Shown here in pieces: positions 1 to 13,335 of a stretch of DNA of 64,000 nucleotides (its first letter is position 1; each line of letters begins with the position of its first letter). A program made the position numbers and the translations under genes. The notes under the pieces are model-generated. The model searched no databases. It had not been told where the DNA came from and saw only the letters and a list, made by a program, of their open reading frames with translations. This stretch comes from Trichodelitschia bisporula (lineage: Eukaryota). Location: the NCBI GenBank assembly GCA_010356995.1, contig ML996687.1:993803-1057802 (forward strand). Direction: 5' to 3'.

Positions 1-1510
1 ATTGTCCCAAAGCTATACTGAAGAAAGGCAGAACTCTGCATCATACTTCCTCGGCGATGCCGCCAACGACTCCCTGCAACGCATCTACGGTGTCTCCTTC
101 CCAGACAAGAAGCTGATGGACGAGCATCTGAAGTACCTAGAAGAGGCTGCGAAGCGAGACCACAGGAAAATCGGCAAGGAGCAAGAGCTCTTCTTCTTCC
201 ACGAGCTCTCTCCGGGATCGTGTTTCTTTTTGCCACATGGAATGATCATCTACAACACTCTTCAGTCCTTCCTGCGGTCGGAGTACTGGAAGCGGGGCTA
301 TCAGGAAGTGAATACACCAAACATGTACAATGCTCAACTCTGGATGAAGTCCGGTCACTGGGAACACTACCAAGATGACATGTTTACCTTCACTGTCGAA
401 AAGCAGCCTTGGGCGTTGAAGCCAATGAACTGCCCTGGACACTGCCTCCTGTTTGCACATCGTGAGCGCAGCTATCGGGAGTTACCCTTGCGGATCGCAG
501 ATTTTGGTGTTCTACACCGCAACGAGGCCTCAGGTGCGCTCACTGGCCTGACACGTGTGCGGAGATTCCAGCAGGATGATACACACATTTTCTGCACTCA
601 AGACCAAATCACCGACGAGATTATTGGTCTCTTTGATTTCCTAGGCACTGTTTATGGCAAGTTCGGCTTTACTTTCAAGCTTAAGCTCTCCACCCGGCCG
701 GAAAAGTACCTCGGAAAGCTGGAAGAGTGGAACCTGGCAGAAGCCAAGCTTGAGGACGCTCTGAATCAATTCAAGGCCCAGAAAGGCGCTGAATGGGAGC
801 TCAATGTCGGCGATGGCGCCTTCTACGGACCTAAGATTGATATCACCATTTGCGACGCTCTTAGGCGGGAGTTTCAATGTGCCACCATTCAACTCGACTT
901 CCAACTTCCTCAGCGCTTTGACCTGGAGTACATGACAGCTGAGAATGCCCCAAAAGATTCTCAACAAGAAGCAAATGCTCCCGCGGAGACCGACAGCAAG
1001 AAGACCGAGCCTTCAGGGCCAAAGCCGGGCTATGCACGCCCGGTCATGATCCATCGCGCCATTTATGGTAGCTTCGAACGCTTCATCGGAATCCTCACGG
1101 AGCATTTCGGTGGCAAGTGGCCGTTCTGGCTGAGCCCACGTCAAGTGCTCGTCGTTCCGGTCATGCCTGCCGTGAATGACTATGTCGAGGAAGTCCGGAA
1201 GATCTTCCGGGATAAGGGCATGCATGTGGACATTGATGTCAGCGGCAACACCCTCCAGAAGAAGATTCGGACAGGTCAATTGGCCCAGTACAACTTCATC
1301 TTCGGTAAGGGTGCCATGGTCCTTTGTATCCGTATGCATGGCTAATGAGATGTAGTTGTGGGCGCCCAGGAGAAGGAGAGCCGCACAGTCAATATCCGAA
1401 ACAGAGATGACCCTGCCACTCAGGCCAAGGGTGAACTGGTTCCTCTTGAAGTGGCCATCGAGAAACTCACGGCACTGCGTGATACCCGGGTGTTGAAGAA
1501 TGCTATCTAG
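1..1510 (+). CDS. THS1: Cytosolic threonyl-tRNA synthetase (5' truncated by window; intron 1305-1355)
   Basis: Motifs [83 protein letters not shown] intron restores [18 protein letters not shown]; stop TAG at 1508-1510. Confidence 0.97.
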
Positions 1511-1979
1511 ACATCGGACTACAATAACCACTTGATGTCGGACACCCCTGACAATTCGGGTTTCTTCTCTAGCTGTGAGGGGCGCAGAGTTCACTGCTGT
1601 GTATGTTAGCCATCTACGGCTTACGCGGGCCCAGTCTCCCGTACTTGGATTCAAGGTAGCACATGATAATCGGTGCGAAACACTACGTCATAGGTGCGAT
1701 CACAGCATTATGTGACCTGAGAAAGCGTTCAATCGAGCGTCTCCCATGCAAGCGATGAGCCAACTTCAATTGTGACATATTTAACCCCTGACTTCAGGAG
1801 TGATACTAAGCACATGTCAGCGAACAATCATTTATTTCATGTTGCTGTAACCCGAAGATACTTTTGCATGGGCTTTAACCTATAATTGTCTATCTAACCG
1901 TGCTTCACCATCTTTATGAGCAGAACGAGAGAAAGATGTGAGCACCCTTCTCAGACCATCGGATCCTGCCCGCACCCCT

Positions 1980-4100
1980 CTAGAGAAATGCCTCGAGGTT
2001 GATCTCCAGTCCACTGACAGGATACCTGAGATGGTTAGTACGGGTGTATGGAGCCAAGGACAAGGGAACGTACGGCAGCTCGTAGTTCTTGAGCACCTCT
2101 GGATGTAGGATACCAAACTGCCCAATAGCATGCTCTTCGCCCTTGATGCGGACATGAATGGAAGCGGCATGGCCGTGGAAATACGTAGGATCTTTAATTG
2201 CGTCAGCAATGCAAAGAGATCCAAGATGAGTCACCAACCATCCAGTTCTTCAATCCAGTACTCGCTCTTACCCTCGGGTGCCTTCGATCCGTCGCCTACA
2301 AAGCTCACGTCCAGCACCAGCATGATGCGGTCCAGAAGCCCGTGCACAACTTGAAATCCGCTTGTCTTTCCATACCAGACGGCGCCCAGGCGACGTTCAT
2401 TGCGCGTCTTGCGCTCACGCTCCTCGGCTTTGAGCCCGACATCAGACACCTCGAAGACGCGCAACGGGACGGGCCGGTGCTTGTTCTCGCGCACCGTCTT
2501 CAGCAACCCCGGCAGTAAGCTGGTACGCACGACCTGGTACTCAAGGCTTTTGGGATTTTGCAGTCGGATGGCGGTTGTGCCGTCGTCCTTCCGGCGAAGC
2601 CACGCAAAGTTCTCGTCGTGCGAGCACAAAATGAGTGGCATCGCTTCCGTCCAGCCTGCCATGGCGGCTTCAACGCGCACCAGATCCGACAGCCGGTTGA
2701 TGGGGAGAGCAGCACCGACCGCGGCAGATTTGGACGGGTAGTAGCGCGGAAGGTTGTTGAAGCCGTAGGCCACTGCCAGGTCTTCCATGATATCGGCCTG
2801 GTGGAGGATATCTGCGCGAGTGATTGGGACGGACACATCAAGTGTGTCGGGATCCGCGGACGAAGACGCAGCGGAGAGGCTCATGCGCTTGAGGAGATCA
2901 CATTGTTCCTCCGGGGTCAAGGAGAGGCCAGTACACTCGTTCAGGTAAGACACAGAGGCTGACATCTTGCGGGCCGACAGGTTAGGTGTCGTCCGCGTCT
3001 CACCGTTGTGGTCAGAGATTATTGATACAGGCTCCACGGTACAAGCGTCGTCAGCGTATAGGCTGAACATGGCTACCATGATCTGATTGACAATCTCGAC
3101 CTTGGTCTTATCTGTGGCAGTGATCTCAATGAACACGTTCCTCGTGTCAAGCGTGATCTTTGAGTGGTTTCCGTTGATGATAGGCGGAAGGGACAGGACC
3201 ACATCGTTGCTATCGTAGATAACAGGATAGAGAGGCTTGTCGCGGATGATGTGAAGATAGCGGCCCAGGTGACGGTCTTTCTCGTAATAGGCCATGAGTT
3301 CCGTGCCCGTCATTTCCGTGGTCTGGTTAAGCGGCACGAATTTGATGTCATCAGGAGAGAGAGCCTTGTAATGAAAAGGTCCTTTGATGGTGTCAAGATC
3401 ATGGGTTCCGATAGAAACCAGCGTCCGCTGCCTGGCGAGATTGGCATGGAGCTTGTCCTGGAGCGCAATGAAGGATTCATAACGAGCTTTGGTGAAAGTG
3501 ATGTTGCGGATGATGGCGCAGGAAACCAGGCTACGCACATCTTTGGTCTGGCAGTTTTAGCACAGGGGAGACAACTCCCAAGGGCTCACTAACAGGTTCA
3601 TGAACGATCAGACTCTCCAACTTGCCACTCGGAGGCTCTATGAGCCGGTAGTTAGGAAAAGGTTTCCTCCCTAGGAAGACGTTGAGATTGAGAGCAATCC
3701 CCTCAAAGCACAGCATGTCATATCTTTCAAGTTAGACTTCAGTGACATCTATGGGGCGACGTGCATACCTGTTGGCCGGGATTTCGATCTTGAGCTGAGG
3801 TGGCTCCTGAACGCCGTTGACAATCGGGCGATCGGAATCGGTCGTCTGCCATGGTCAGAGTGCGCCAATGTGAAGGCGGAAAAATATACATCTTCATCGA
3901 GCTCGATGCCTGGCGGGGATAGGTCAGCCAAGCTACAGCGACCTCGCAGAGATACTTGCCGAATTCGAAGCATAGCTCATCAAATTCCTTTGTCGAATAA
4001 CTTCAAGTTTGTCAGCGGCAGCGCATATTTCTTTCAAAAAGTCGTACTCCCTGCCCAGAGCTTTGAAGAGCTCGGCTTTATCCACCGAAATAGTCGGCAT
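1980..4100 (-). CDS. FRS1: Phenylalanyl-tRNA synthetase beta subunit (7 introns)
   Basis: Spliced N-terminus MPTISVDK..EFDELCFEFGIELDED..KIEIPANRYDMLCFEG; LQDKLHANL, SLPPIING, PITRADILH, VRTSLLPGLLKT; C-terminus EINLEAFL. Confidence 0.96.
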
Positions 4101-4706
4101 CGTGAGAAGCGTCGCTCTGGTTCGTGGTGTAATTCCTATTTCCACAACGTGGCGGAATTATGGGGAACGGAGGCAGAATAAACGGACAAACACAGCAGAG
4201 TTGCAAAAGGCAGTCCTGGTGAATGTCTGTCAAGCTCAAGTTGCGATGCTTCCGGCGAATTTTGTTCGACTCATCGGACCGCAGATTGAGGCCAGTCAAA
4301 ACCCCAGGATGCCTGACAGGCTTTCGGGCATCACCCAGGCGACAAGGCACCAACATATTTTTTAAGGGACAAATGCACTCTTCTATGGCCCCGCCGAACC
4401 ATCACGAATTTTACGGCCTTCGAAATCATTTGTATCGTGCAGCACAGGGGAAGCTGATATTTGATATGCATGTCCGAGTTCGCAACCCGATCGTCCATTT
4501 TCTAGTGCACAATGCGCCATGACAAGCCAATGCAGGTAACATTATATCTTTCGCGCCATTGCCAGCATCTCCAGCCAGCAGTGTCATCCTTCCGCAGTGA
4601 TGAAACATAGCTTCAAAACAAGAATTTTCATACGTCATGCATATCGTCTTGGCATATCGTTCACTATGCATGCTTCCGTATCAACTGGATGAGGACGGAG
4701 AGATCA

Positions 4707-6347
4707 CTAGAGCGTCGGCTCGAGGGTTGTGCCACTGACGGTCGGTTAGCATCTCTCACAGTACCATAAGCTCCGAAATACATACGCAGTAATGGTAGCC
4801 CAGCCGATGAGCCTCCAATGGCGTTCTATCCGGCGAGACAGAGCGATCTTTTCACCCAACTCCGTGCAAGCTGGTGCAGTCAGGCTTAGACGGGCAATAT
4901 CTGCCTTCACACCCATAACCTTGGCACCGGTGGCCGTGCTGCCAATGTTGACCATCAGAATCTCATTCTTGGATAACTTGGCGACCTTGGCTTGCTTGCC
5001 ATCCGTAGTTTTCACGCCCAATAGCCGCCGCAACAGGAAGTAGTTGACTTCTAGCTCGGTGTAGATGGAAGGGAGGCGACCCTTGAGACCCAGGACGAAG
5101 CCAACCAGGCGATCAGCACGGCACAGAGTAGGATCCACGCGAGTTCCCACACCTATTATGCCATCAGCACTTCCTCAGTATGTTCTTAGAGTGTTACCCA
5201 CCGATGAGGCCGCCAGGGACGGCGAAGTTCAGATCGTTATGCTCAGCGAAGAGCGTCATAACGCGACTAAAGATCGGCTTGCACTTGATCTTCCCCTGGT
5301 CATCCTTGGACACGAGACCGGGACGGATCTCGATTTCATCGCCGATCTTGAGGACACCAGTCAGGATCGAGCCACCAGCAACGCCACCCTTGAGATCTTC
5401 AATCTCTGCACCAGGCTTGTTGACGTCAAAGCTCCGAATGACCATCATGTGCGGTGCGGCAGAGAAGTCGCGGACGGGGACGGGGATCCGGGTCACCAGA
5501 GCTTCATTGACCGCGTCGATGTTGAACTTCAGCTGGGCTGAAATCGGGATGACAGGGCTGCCATCAGCAACAGTACCGCGAATGAATTTGAGAATACTGG
5601 CATAGTGGGCTTCGGCACTATCCTCCTTCATTAGGTCAACCTTGTTTTGCAGAATGATAATATGATTCAGTTTCATGATATCAATAGCGGCCAAGTGCTC
5701 ACTCGTCTGCGGCTGAGGGCATGTTTCATTGCCAGCGATGAGGAGTAAAGCGGCATCCTGTCTAAATTAGAATCTAAAATCGACCGACCAAATAATGTAC
5801 TTACCATGACAGCGGCTCCGGACAACATGGTGCTCATAAGGATGTCGTGCCCAGGGCAGTCGACAAACGAGACGTGGCGAAGGAGGCGGAGGGTGCCCGT
5901 GCAGCCCTCACGCTCGCAGGGCAGAGAAACAGACTGATCGCTCTTGTAGCTGCGATAGCAGGTTGGGCGCGGGCACTCCTTGCTATCGCACTTGTAGATC
6001 TTCGCGTTCGCATATCCCAGCTTGATGGTGATGTTACGCTCGAGCTCATTCTTGAAGCGAACCGTCTGTACACCAGAGATGGCCTTGACCACGGTCGATT
6101 TTCCATGAGCGACATGGCCAATTGTGCCGATATTGATGGTGGCCTGGCGCGCAATGATTTCGGGTGACAGTGGCGTCATCTTGGTAAAGTCGATCTCGCT
6201 GGGGTGCACCTGCTCAGCCAGGTATGGGCGCTCGACCGGCGGAGGCGGAGGCTGGCTCGTCTTCATCGCAGACCGGATAGGGAGCTGCTCAGCCTCCGAC
6301 TCGGAGGAGGAGGAGTCGTCAATCTGTCGCTCGGGATCGGAATCCAT
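4707..6347 (-). CDS. GCD11: Translation initiation factor eIF2 gamma (3 introns)
   Basis: [67 protein letters not shown]; last exon [12 protein letters not shown]. Confidence 0.97.
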
Positions 6348-7299
6348 GATTGCGACTTGAGCGAGGAGCTGCGAAGGGTTTGCGTGGACGGCGTGAGGCG
6401 AAGGTGTGAAGTCGATCTAGTACCTCCGTAGGGGGGGTGCGGGGAAGTTTGGGGGGGATGGTCCTGGCAGAAGGTGGAGTTTCGTGAACTCAGTGAAAGG
6501 TCGTGGTGCTTGGATGAGGGGCAAGTTAGCGGGGGATGGGATGGCGGAGGAAGTGGTGGGTGAGGGATCGAAATTTAGAGTCACAGGCCTTGGGCTGGTC
6601 ATTGCTTGTAAGCGCCACATTTATTCTACCGAGCGCCACATATGGGGAAGGCACCCAGGTGCACGGACCACAACTTGATGCCAACGCCCATGATCTGTAG
6701 CACTGCTCTAGGTAAAGAAGTCAATGCGCAGTGCCTCCGCAAAAACGAGCCAAGTGAGGGCGCTGCGACTTTTGTCAAGTGACACTCACAGTACCACTCT
6801 CAGCCGCTACCCAACCGCTCTACTTGCGTCACTTCCTGTGACTTTGCTGCATACTTCGTACTACGTACTGTACTCCGTATGGTACCCCGTACTCCAACAA
6901 ACAACGGCCGAAAGGGCTTCGCCATCCATATCTTCATCATTACGGGTATCTTCTGACGGCTCACAACCTCGCAAATTGCCGAGATCTTCAAAGCGGAATG
7001 ATTCCTAGTGACCCTTATCGAGTACTCTGTCTGCACCTCGATCTCTACATGGCCGCCCGCAGCCGACAATCGGCCAATCCGTACCCAATCCCGCGTGCTG
7101 TCTTTCCCATTGGAGAAATTTCACCCCAAAGGCTGAGGTGGCTGCAAATTGACTACGTAGATGGTAGAAATCAAGGTTCTGGCATGCGTTTCAGCTGGCC
7201 AAAGTTTTATATCCCATCCCCTACCTCGTTGCTCTTCGACTTACAGTAGGCATCTTTGCGTCAACTTTCCCATCGCCTTTCTCCCATTTAGTCTCACAT

Positions 7300-8338
7300 A
7301 TGACGCGAAAGAGTATATTACCCACCTTCAACAAGCGTCAGGAGGCTGGCCCTCCGGCAGCTCCTACAGACCGACGTCTCGATCGCCTCAGCTTCGTGCC
7401 AAACTGGATTCGGAATGAGATAATTGCCTTCCTCGGCGAGTTCGTCGGCACATTCATGTTTCTCTTCAGCGCATTTGCTGCTGCTCAGGTCGCCAATGCT
7501 TCAGCGCCGACCACTGATAGCCAAACCGACACCCATTCCCTAACGCAGATTCCCAATACTTCGAATCTTCTTTACATCTCCTTGTCCTTCGGCTTCTCGT
7601 TGGCCGTCAGCGTTTGGGCCTTTTTCCGCGTCAGCGGTGGCCTTTTTAATCCTGTTGTCAGTTTGGATGGGGTACTACTGCATGTCCTCACTGACCCGTT
7701 GCTAGGTTGCACTCGGTCTTCTCCTGATCGGCGGCATTGCTCCTCTCCGAGCGGCCAATGTCTTCATCGCCCAGCTCATTTCCAGCATAGTCAGTGCCGC
7801 CATAGTCTCAGGTCTTTTTCCCGGGCCGCTCAACGTGTCGACTACACTCGGGGGCGGTGCTACCATCACTCAAGGCCTTTTCATCGAGATGTTTTTGACA
7901 TTCGGCCTAGTGTTCACAATCTTCATGCTCGCGGCCGAGAAACACAAGTCAACCTTTCTGGCCCCCATCGGCATCGGCCTCTCTCTCTTCGTTGCCGAGC
8001 TTACCGGGGTATACTTTACAGGAGGCGCCCTGAATCCCGCACGCGCCTTCGGGCCTGCCTGCATCACTGGCAACTTTCCCGGCTATCACTGGATCTATTG
8101 GCTGGGCCCGGTCATGGGCTCCTTGTTGGCCGTCGGCTTCTATAAAACCATAAAGTACGCCGAGTACGAGACGGCCAATCCGGGCCAGGATCTGGACGAA
8201 CAGGAGCGAGAGATGTTTGTTCCACCGTCCGACCCCGTTGTCGCTGCAGACGTCCAGAGACCCAATGTAGCAGCTGAGAGGATTGCCTCGGGCTCACCGC
8301 CGAGAATCTCGTCGCTGAGTGAGGAAATTAGGAAGTGA
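7300..8338 (+). CDS. Fungal orthodox aquaporin, MIP family (intron 7657-7705)
   Basis: GEFVGTFMFLF, YISLSFGFSL, SGGLFNPV, LFIEMFLT, AAEKHKSTFLAPIGIG, GGALNPARAFGP, HWIYWLGP. Confidence 0.93.
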
Positions 8339-8617
8339 TGCAACTGTGCGGAAGAGGGGGAAGCAGTGTCTCCAAACAAAACCATTGCATTCTTTTGCTG
8401 GGTACGACCGCCTTGATATTGAGATACCACTGTGCAATTTCACCGAGGTGCTTGGGGTTGGATGGTCTTTCTATGCGCTTTCCCCCATTCCCAAAGCAAA
8501 TGGGTGGGGGCGGAGCAACCTGTAATACCCATTTTTTTACCTTTTGAACGTAATACATTTGACTTTTGGTCATACGCCCGACGAAAACACTCACGCCACG
8601 ATACCTGCCACTCTCAT

Positions 8618-10774
8618 CTACTTGTGAGGAATCCCTTCCTCGGGGACCGGGACGACGTCCACAACTTCAGCCGCAGCCTTGTCCTGCTGTTTGCTAGTGT
8701 CGTCCTTCATGAAAGGGAAGGTCAAAACTTCTTTGATGCTGTAATGATCTATGAAGCAGCGTTAGTTTCCGAATCAAAAATTCTATTGCTCGAGGTAACT
8801 CACCAGTCAAGAACATGGTAATACGGTCAATGCCCATGCCCCATCCACCAGTTGGCGGCAAGCCGTACTCCAAGGCTTGGCAGAAAGTCTCATCAATAAG
8901 TTGCGCCTCATCATCGCCCTGTGCCTTCTGGTTGGCCTGTTCCTCAAAGCGAAGGCGCTGGTCAAAGGGGTCGTTCAACTCCGTGTATGCGTTAACAATC
9001 TCCTTCTTGCATACAAAAGCCTCGAACCGCTCACACAAGCCCTTCTTGCTGCGGTGGTACTTGGCCAAGGGACTCATCATCTGCGGGTGTCCCACGATGA
9101 AGGTCGGATTGGTGCACTTCTCCTCGATAAACTCACCCACAAGGCGATCGAGCATGCGCGCGTTCGTCAGAGGGGGCGGGCAGTCGACGTTCATCTTCTT
9201 GAGCACACGCTTCAGGAACTCTCCCGTCTCGGCTGTGTGGAGCTGGTCACCAGGGGGGAAGGTCTCCCCTACCGCTTCCTCGAGGGCTGGAATCATCTCG
9301 ATGCGCTTCCAGGGCTTCGCCCAGTTCACCTCGTAAACCTCTCCGTGCTGAGTGTGGAACTTTGTTTCGAAGCCACCCGTCACAGCCTGGACCATGCCCG
9401 AGACCATGTCTTCGGTCACCTCAAGGACGTCGTACATGTCCGCGTATGCCCAGTAAAACTCGCATGTCGTGAACTCCGGGTTGTGCGTCAGATCAATGCC
9501 CTCATTGCGGAACTGCCGCCCAATTTCGTACACGCGATTGAGTCCTCCCACGACCAACATCTTCAGGTATAGCTCCGGTGCTATCCGCATGAAAAGATCC
9601 ATGCCAAGTTCGTTGTGGTAGGTTTTGAACGGCTTGGCTGTGGCGCCGCCGGCAATCTTATTCATCATGGGAGTCTGCACCTCCAGGAAGTCCCGGGAGT
9701 CGAGGAACTGTCGAATGTACTTGACGATCTTGGATCGAGTAATGAAAGTGTTCCGAGTCGAATCGTTCATGATCAAATCAAGGAATCGCTGCCTGTGACG
9801 CTGCTCTTGGTCCTTGAAGCCGTAGTGGACCGTTGGCAGCTGACGTAGACACGGGGTCAAGAGCACCACTTCGGTTGCGAAGATGCTCAGCTCTCCAACG
9901 TCCCTCGACTTCGGCTGAGTACGTCCTGGATAACCGACCACGCCAATGATATCTCCTCGCTGAAGGTTCTCATACTTCTCGATCGGAGCGGTAGAGTCGG
10001 TACCTTCGAGCGTCTGGCACATGACCTGCAGCATGACGCCCTCTTCATTGGGTCAGCGATGACCTCAAGACCAGCGAGAAGTCGCAATTACCTGTTTTGA
10101 CATCGTAGAAGCGGAGATTCTTGCCATATGACCGCTTGGTTATGATCCGCGCACCCACACGAACCTCAATGTCCTGGGCCGATTCACCGTTCCCAAGATA
10201 GTCGAACCGCTGATGGAATTCGTGCGGGTTCGTAATGACGTTGAATTTATGGGGATATCTGGATTACTAGGTCAATTCTGCTTGTTTTCAGTCGGATATC
10301 CATACGGGTCAGGTAGGTGGGTCTCCCGCAACTTGTTGATTTCGCGACACCGCATCTCAAAATATTGCTGGCAAGGTCAGCATGCCGTTCGCCACCTGCT
10401 GCAGACGGCAAAGGACCCGAGACAAGCAAGCACAACAACAGCAAAGTCAAGCTCACATTTGGGTTCAGGTCCGCCATATCAGTCTCCGCTTTCTTCTTCT
10501 CCGGCTTTGGGGGCGCCGCAGCAGCCTTCTCAGCCTTCTTCGCGGCGGCTTGCCGAGCCTTCTGGCGCTTCTTGACTACGGGCGTTCAGTTTGTGCTTCT
10601 CCCAAGAAGCCTCATGAGAGCAGACTCACGCTCGCTCTTCGACACCATTTCCCCCGTCTCAGCGTCTAGTTGCATATTTGGCTGGGATTGCTCCCCAGAG
10701 GCTTCCGGGTTAAGGCTCGTAGAAGCGACCTTCTCGGCCACAGCCGCTACAGCTTTCTTCACAGCATCGGCCAT
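8618..10774 (-). CDS. KRS1: Cytosolic lysyl-tRNA synthetase, class II (about 5 introns)
   Basis: [73 protein letters not shown]-terminus EEGIPHK. Confidence 0.97.
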
Positions 10775-11415
10775 GCTGGGCAGATGTTGGAGGGTGGAGG
10801 AATATGGGGATATGGAAGAGGAATGGTGGGTAGATGCGGCTCTTCAGGAAATCTTGCCGCCGGGTTGGGGAGTCATAGTGGGAAAACCTCGGCGAATGAG
10901 GGGCAAGTGCGCAAGGAGGGGATACCGCGGGGCACGGCGGCACGTGACCCGCCTTGCGAGCCGAGTGCACGTCCCAAGCATGCTATGCGTGAAGCACTGC
11001 ATTAGACGCTTAGGGTAATTTGTTTGACCCTATTTGCTTATCTGCTATGAGGCCATAAACAGTGGCGTAGTACACAGTAGTTTCATTAATCACGCTTGTA
11101 GAGTCGGGCCTTCTCCCAGTCTGCCACTCTATAAACGGCTCAGGTCATGACACCGATCGCCAATATGAAACTAGGATCCAAAGCAACCCATCCAGGCGGT
11201 AAACAACTCTTTCTTGGTTAAGCCATTCTGGAGTTGTCTTCGCTTACAATTTTGCAGGCTCTTTCTGCTTCACAAGACAAGGCGTAATATAGCGCTCACG
11301 TTCAACGCCACTCGTAAGCCAGGTTAAGGGCAATTCCTTTTACCGAAAGCCCTGGCCCATAGTGAGACAAACTTGCCACCACCCTGAGGGATTAGGAGGA
11401 AGATATCATACAAAG

Positions 11416-13335
11416 CTATATCCTGACAAGAGGATAGGCCATCGGAGCGGTCAGGGAGTCGGATTGAGTACCTAAGCGGGGAAAACCACAGAGCAGACTG
11501 GTTGAAATATACACCCGGTAGGTTGTATCACTTTCTCCGCAGCCTACACTTACCATTCAAACTCGCCCTGAGCCTTGTGAAACACATACCTGCAAGCAAA
11601 TTTAGCGGGACGAGGCGTCATGAGAACATAATACTTACTCCTTGTTTCCTGTTGTTAGGATGCCGTCTTTCAGCACGCACTTCCACTAAATTGAGTTAGC
11701 ATGCGGAATGGGCACCGCTCAAGCAACGCTGTATGTACCTTGTTCTTCACGCGCTGAACCTTGTCGTATACACAGAGAACGGTCTCGCCAACAGGTCCAT
11801 CTTCGGCGTCCTCTCGGCTGTCGTTGAGCTCATCCTCATCGGTATCATCAAGGTCGGAGTTAATGGCATCCTCGTCATCCTGGTCAACGGGAGCCTTAAA
11901 CTCATCATCGGGACCGTCCGTTTGAGCGGCTCCGGCGGAGATCTGAAGAGTCGCCATCTGGCGGTGAACCGTCTTCCGCTTCTTCCGCAGTTCGCTGCGG
12001 GGCTGCATCAAGCCACTGTCTATAACAGCAACGGAGGCATCAAGCTGCGCACGCAAGATGTTGTCTGCAGAGATGCGTGCATCGTTGCTCGGTCGAGCAG
12101 CCATGACCGCGGCCCACTGAGTGTCATCATCACCAGCACCGTCTGTCTGGTTGGCACCGGGTTTCTGCTGCTGCTGCTGCTGCTGCTGCTGCGACGCATA
12201 TGACTGCTGTGGTGGGCGTTGCTGACCTTGGCCGGGAAGCTGAATTTGCTGGTGCTGCGGCCGGTGCTGAGGAAACTGAAGGCCGGCGCGCGGCGGCTGA
12301 GCCAGGCCAGTGTTGTGGATAGATGCATTAGCCTGGTTGCCGAATTGTTGCTGCAGAAGCGTGGTCGCACGCTGCTGGGCTTCAGTTGCGGCGAACTGCT
12401 GACGGTACCCACTCATCTGCGGAAGCTGAGCGCCATTCTCGTACTTTGCCTCCTCCTTAATCCGAGGTTCAGTATTCATCCGGCTTTGCTGCATCGTCTG
12501 CATTATTGGCATCGAATTCATCCCTGGCTCAGACTTCGCAGGCACGTTACTGGGCACCGTCGGCGTACTGGTCATCTGGGGTTGAGGTGGCGGCAGCGGG
12601 TCCCAAGGACATTGAGCGACATGCAGCCGAGTTATGTTTTCCTGCCAGCGCTGCACGACATCAATTAGCGTTTGAAGATATCAGTTAAGGTTGCTCGTCG
12701 ACAGAACAGCCAAATGAGAAGACGAGGCTGAGAAGGGAAATCACATGACATGATGGACAAACGGGGTTTAGCGCGAAAGGAAGAATGACAAGCAAACCAT
12801 ATAAAGCCGAGTCTCATAACAGGGCAAGCCCGCCCGCCCCCCAAAAGTTCAGAAGCGACCTGGCCGAGCCCCGCTTCCGCAGCCCCCCTTCTCCCAAATT
12901 CCCAACGCAGCGTCAGGTCGACATATCGCCAACACCGACACACACACGGAAGATGAGAAAAGAAAAGAGCAGGCAGAAATGAAGAGAAGGGAATGGTGGG
13001 TACTTCATGATGGATGATGATGATGGACGATGAAAGTGGCCATGCGCCATGATGGGCGCATTCAACCAACGACGATGGGATAAGAGTCACGGACTTGCCA
13101 CCTACCTGCTTGATCTCATGAAGCGTTTGCTGGTCAACGCCCGCTTCCTCAAAGTCATTCTGCGACAGCTGCATGACCTTGTCGATGATCTGAGCATAGA
13201 TCGCACCCTGCAATCCGCGTAAACCGCCAGTTAGCAAACGTCTGACGAGCGCTCGCGATACGTGTGCACCCGGACGATGACGCGAAGCGACGATGCCGTG
13301 AAGCGGACTGTACTGACCACCGCAGTGTTCGACAT
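11416..13335 (-). CDS. TOA1: TFIIA large (alpha/beta) subunit; multi-exon, with a 455-nt intron; stop at 11550 if the last intron is retained
   Basis: N-terminus IYAQIIDKV..DFEEAGVDQQTL; Q-rich linker; QTDG motifs; DAINSDLDD; CVYDKVQRVKNKWKCVLKDGI..YVFHKAQGEFEW. Confidence 0.93.
12165..12191 (-). repeat. (CAG)9 coding polyglutamine tract in TFIIA
   Basis: (CTG)n on + strand, translating as QQQQQQQQQ on the - strand. Confidence 0.9.
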
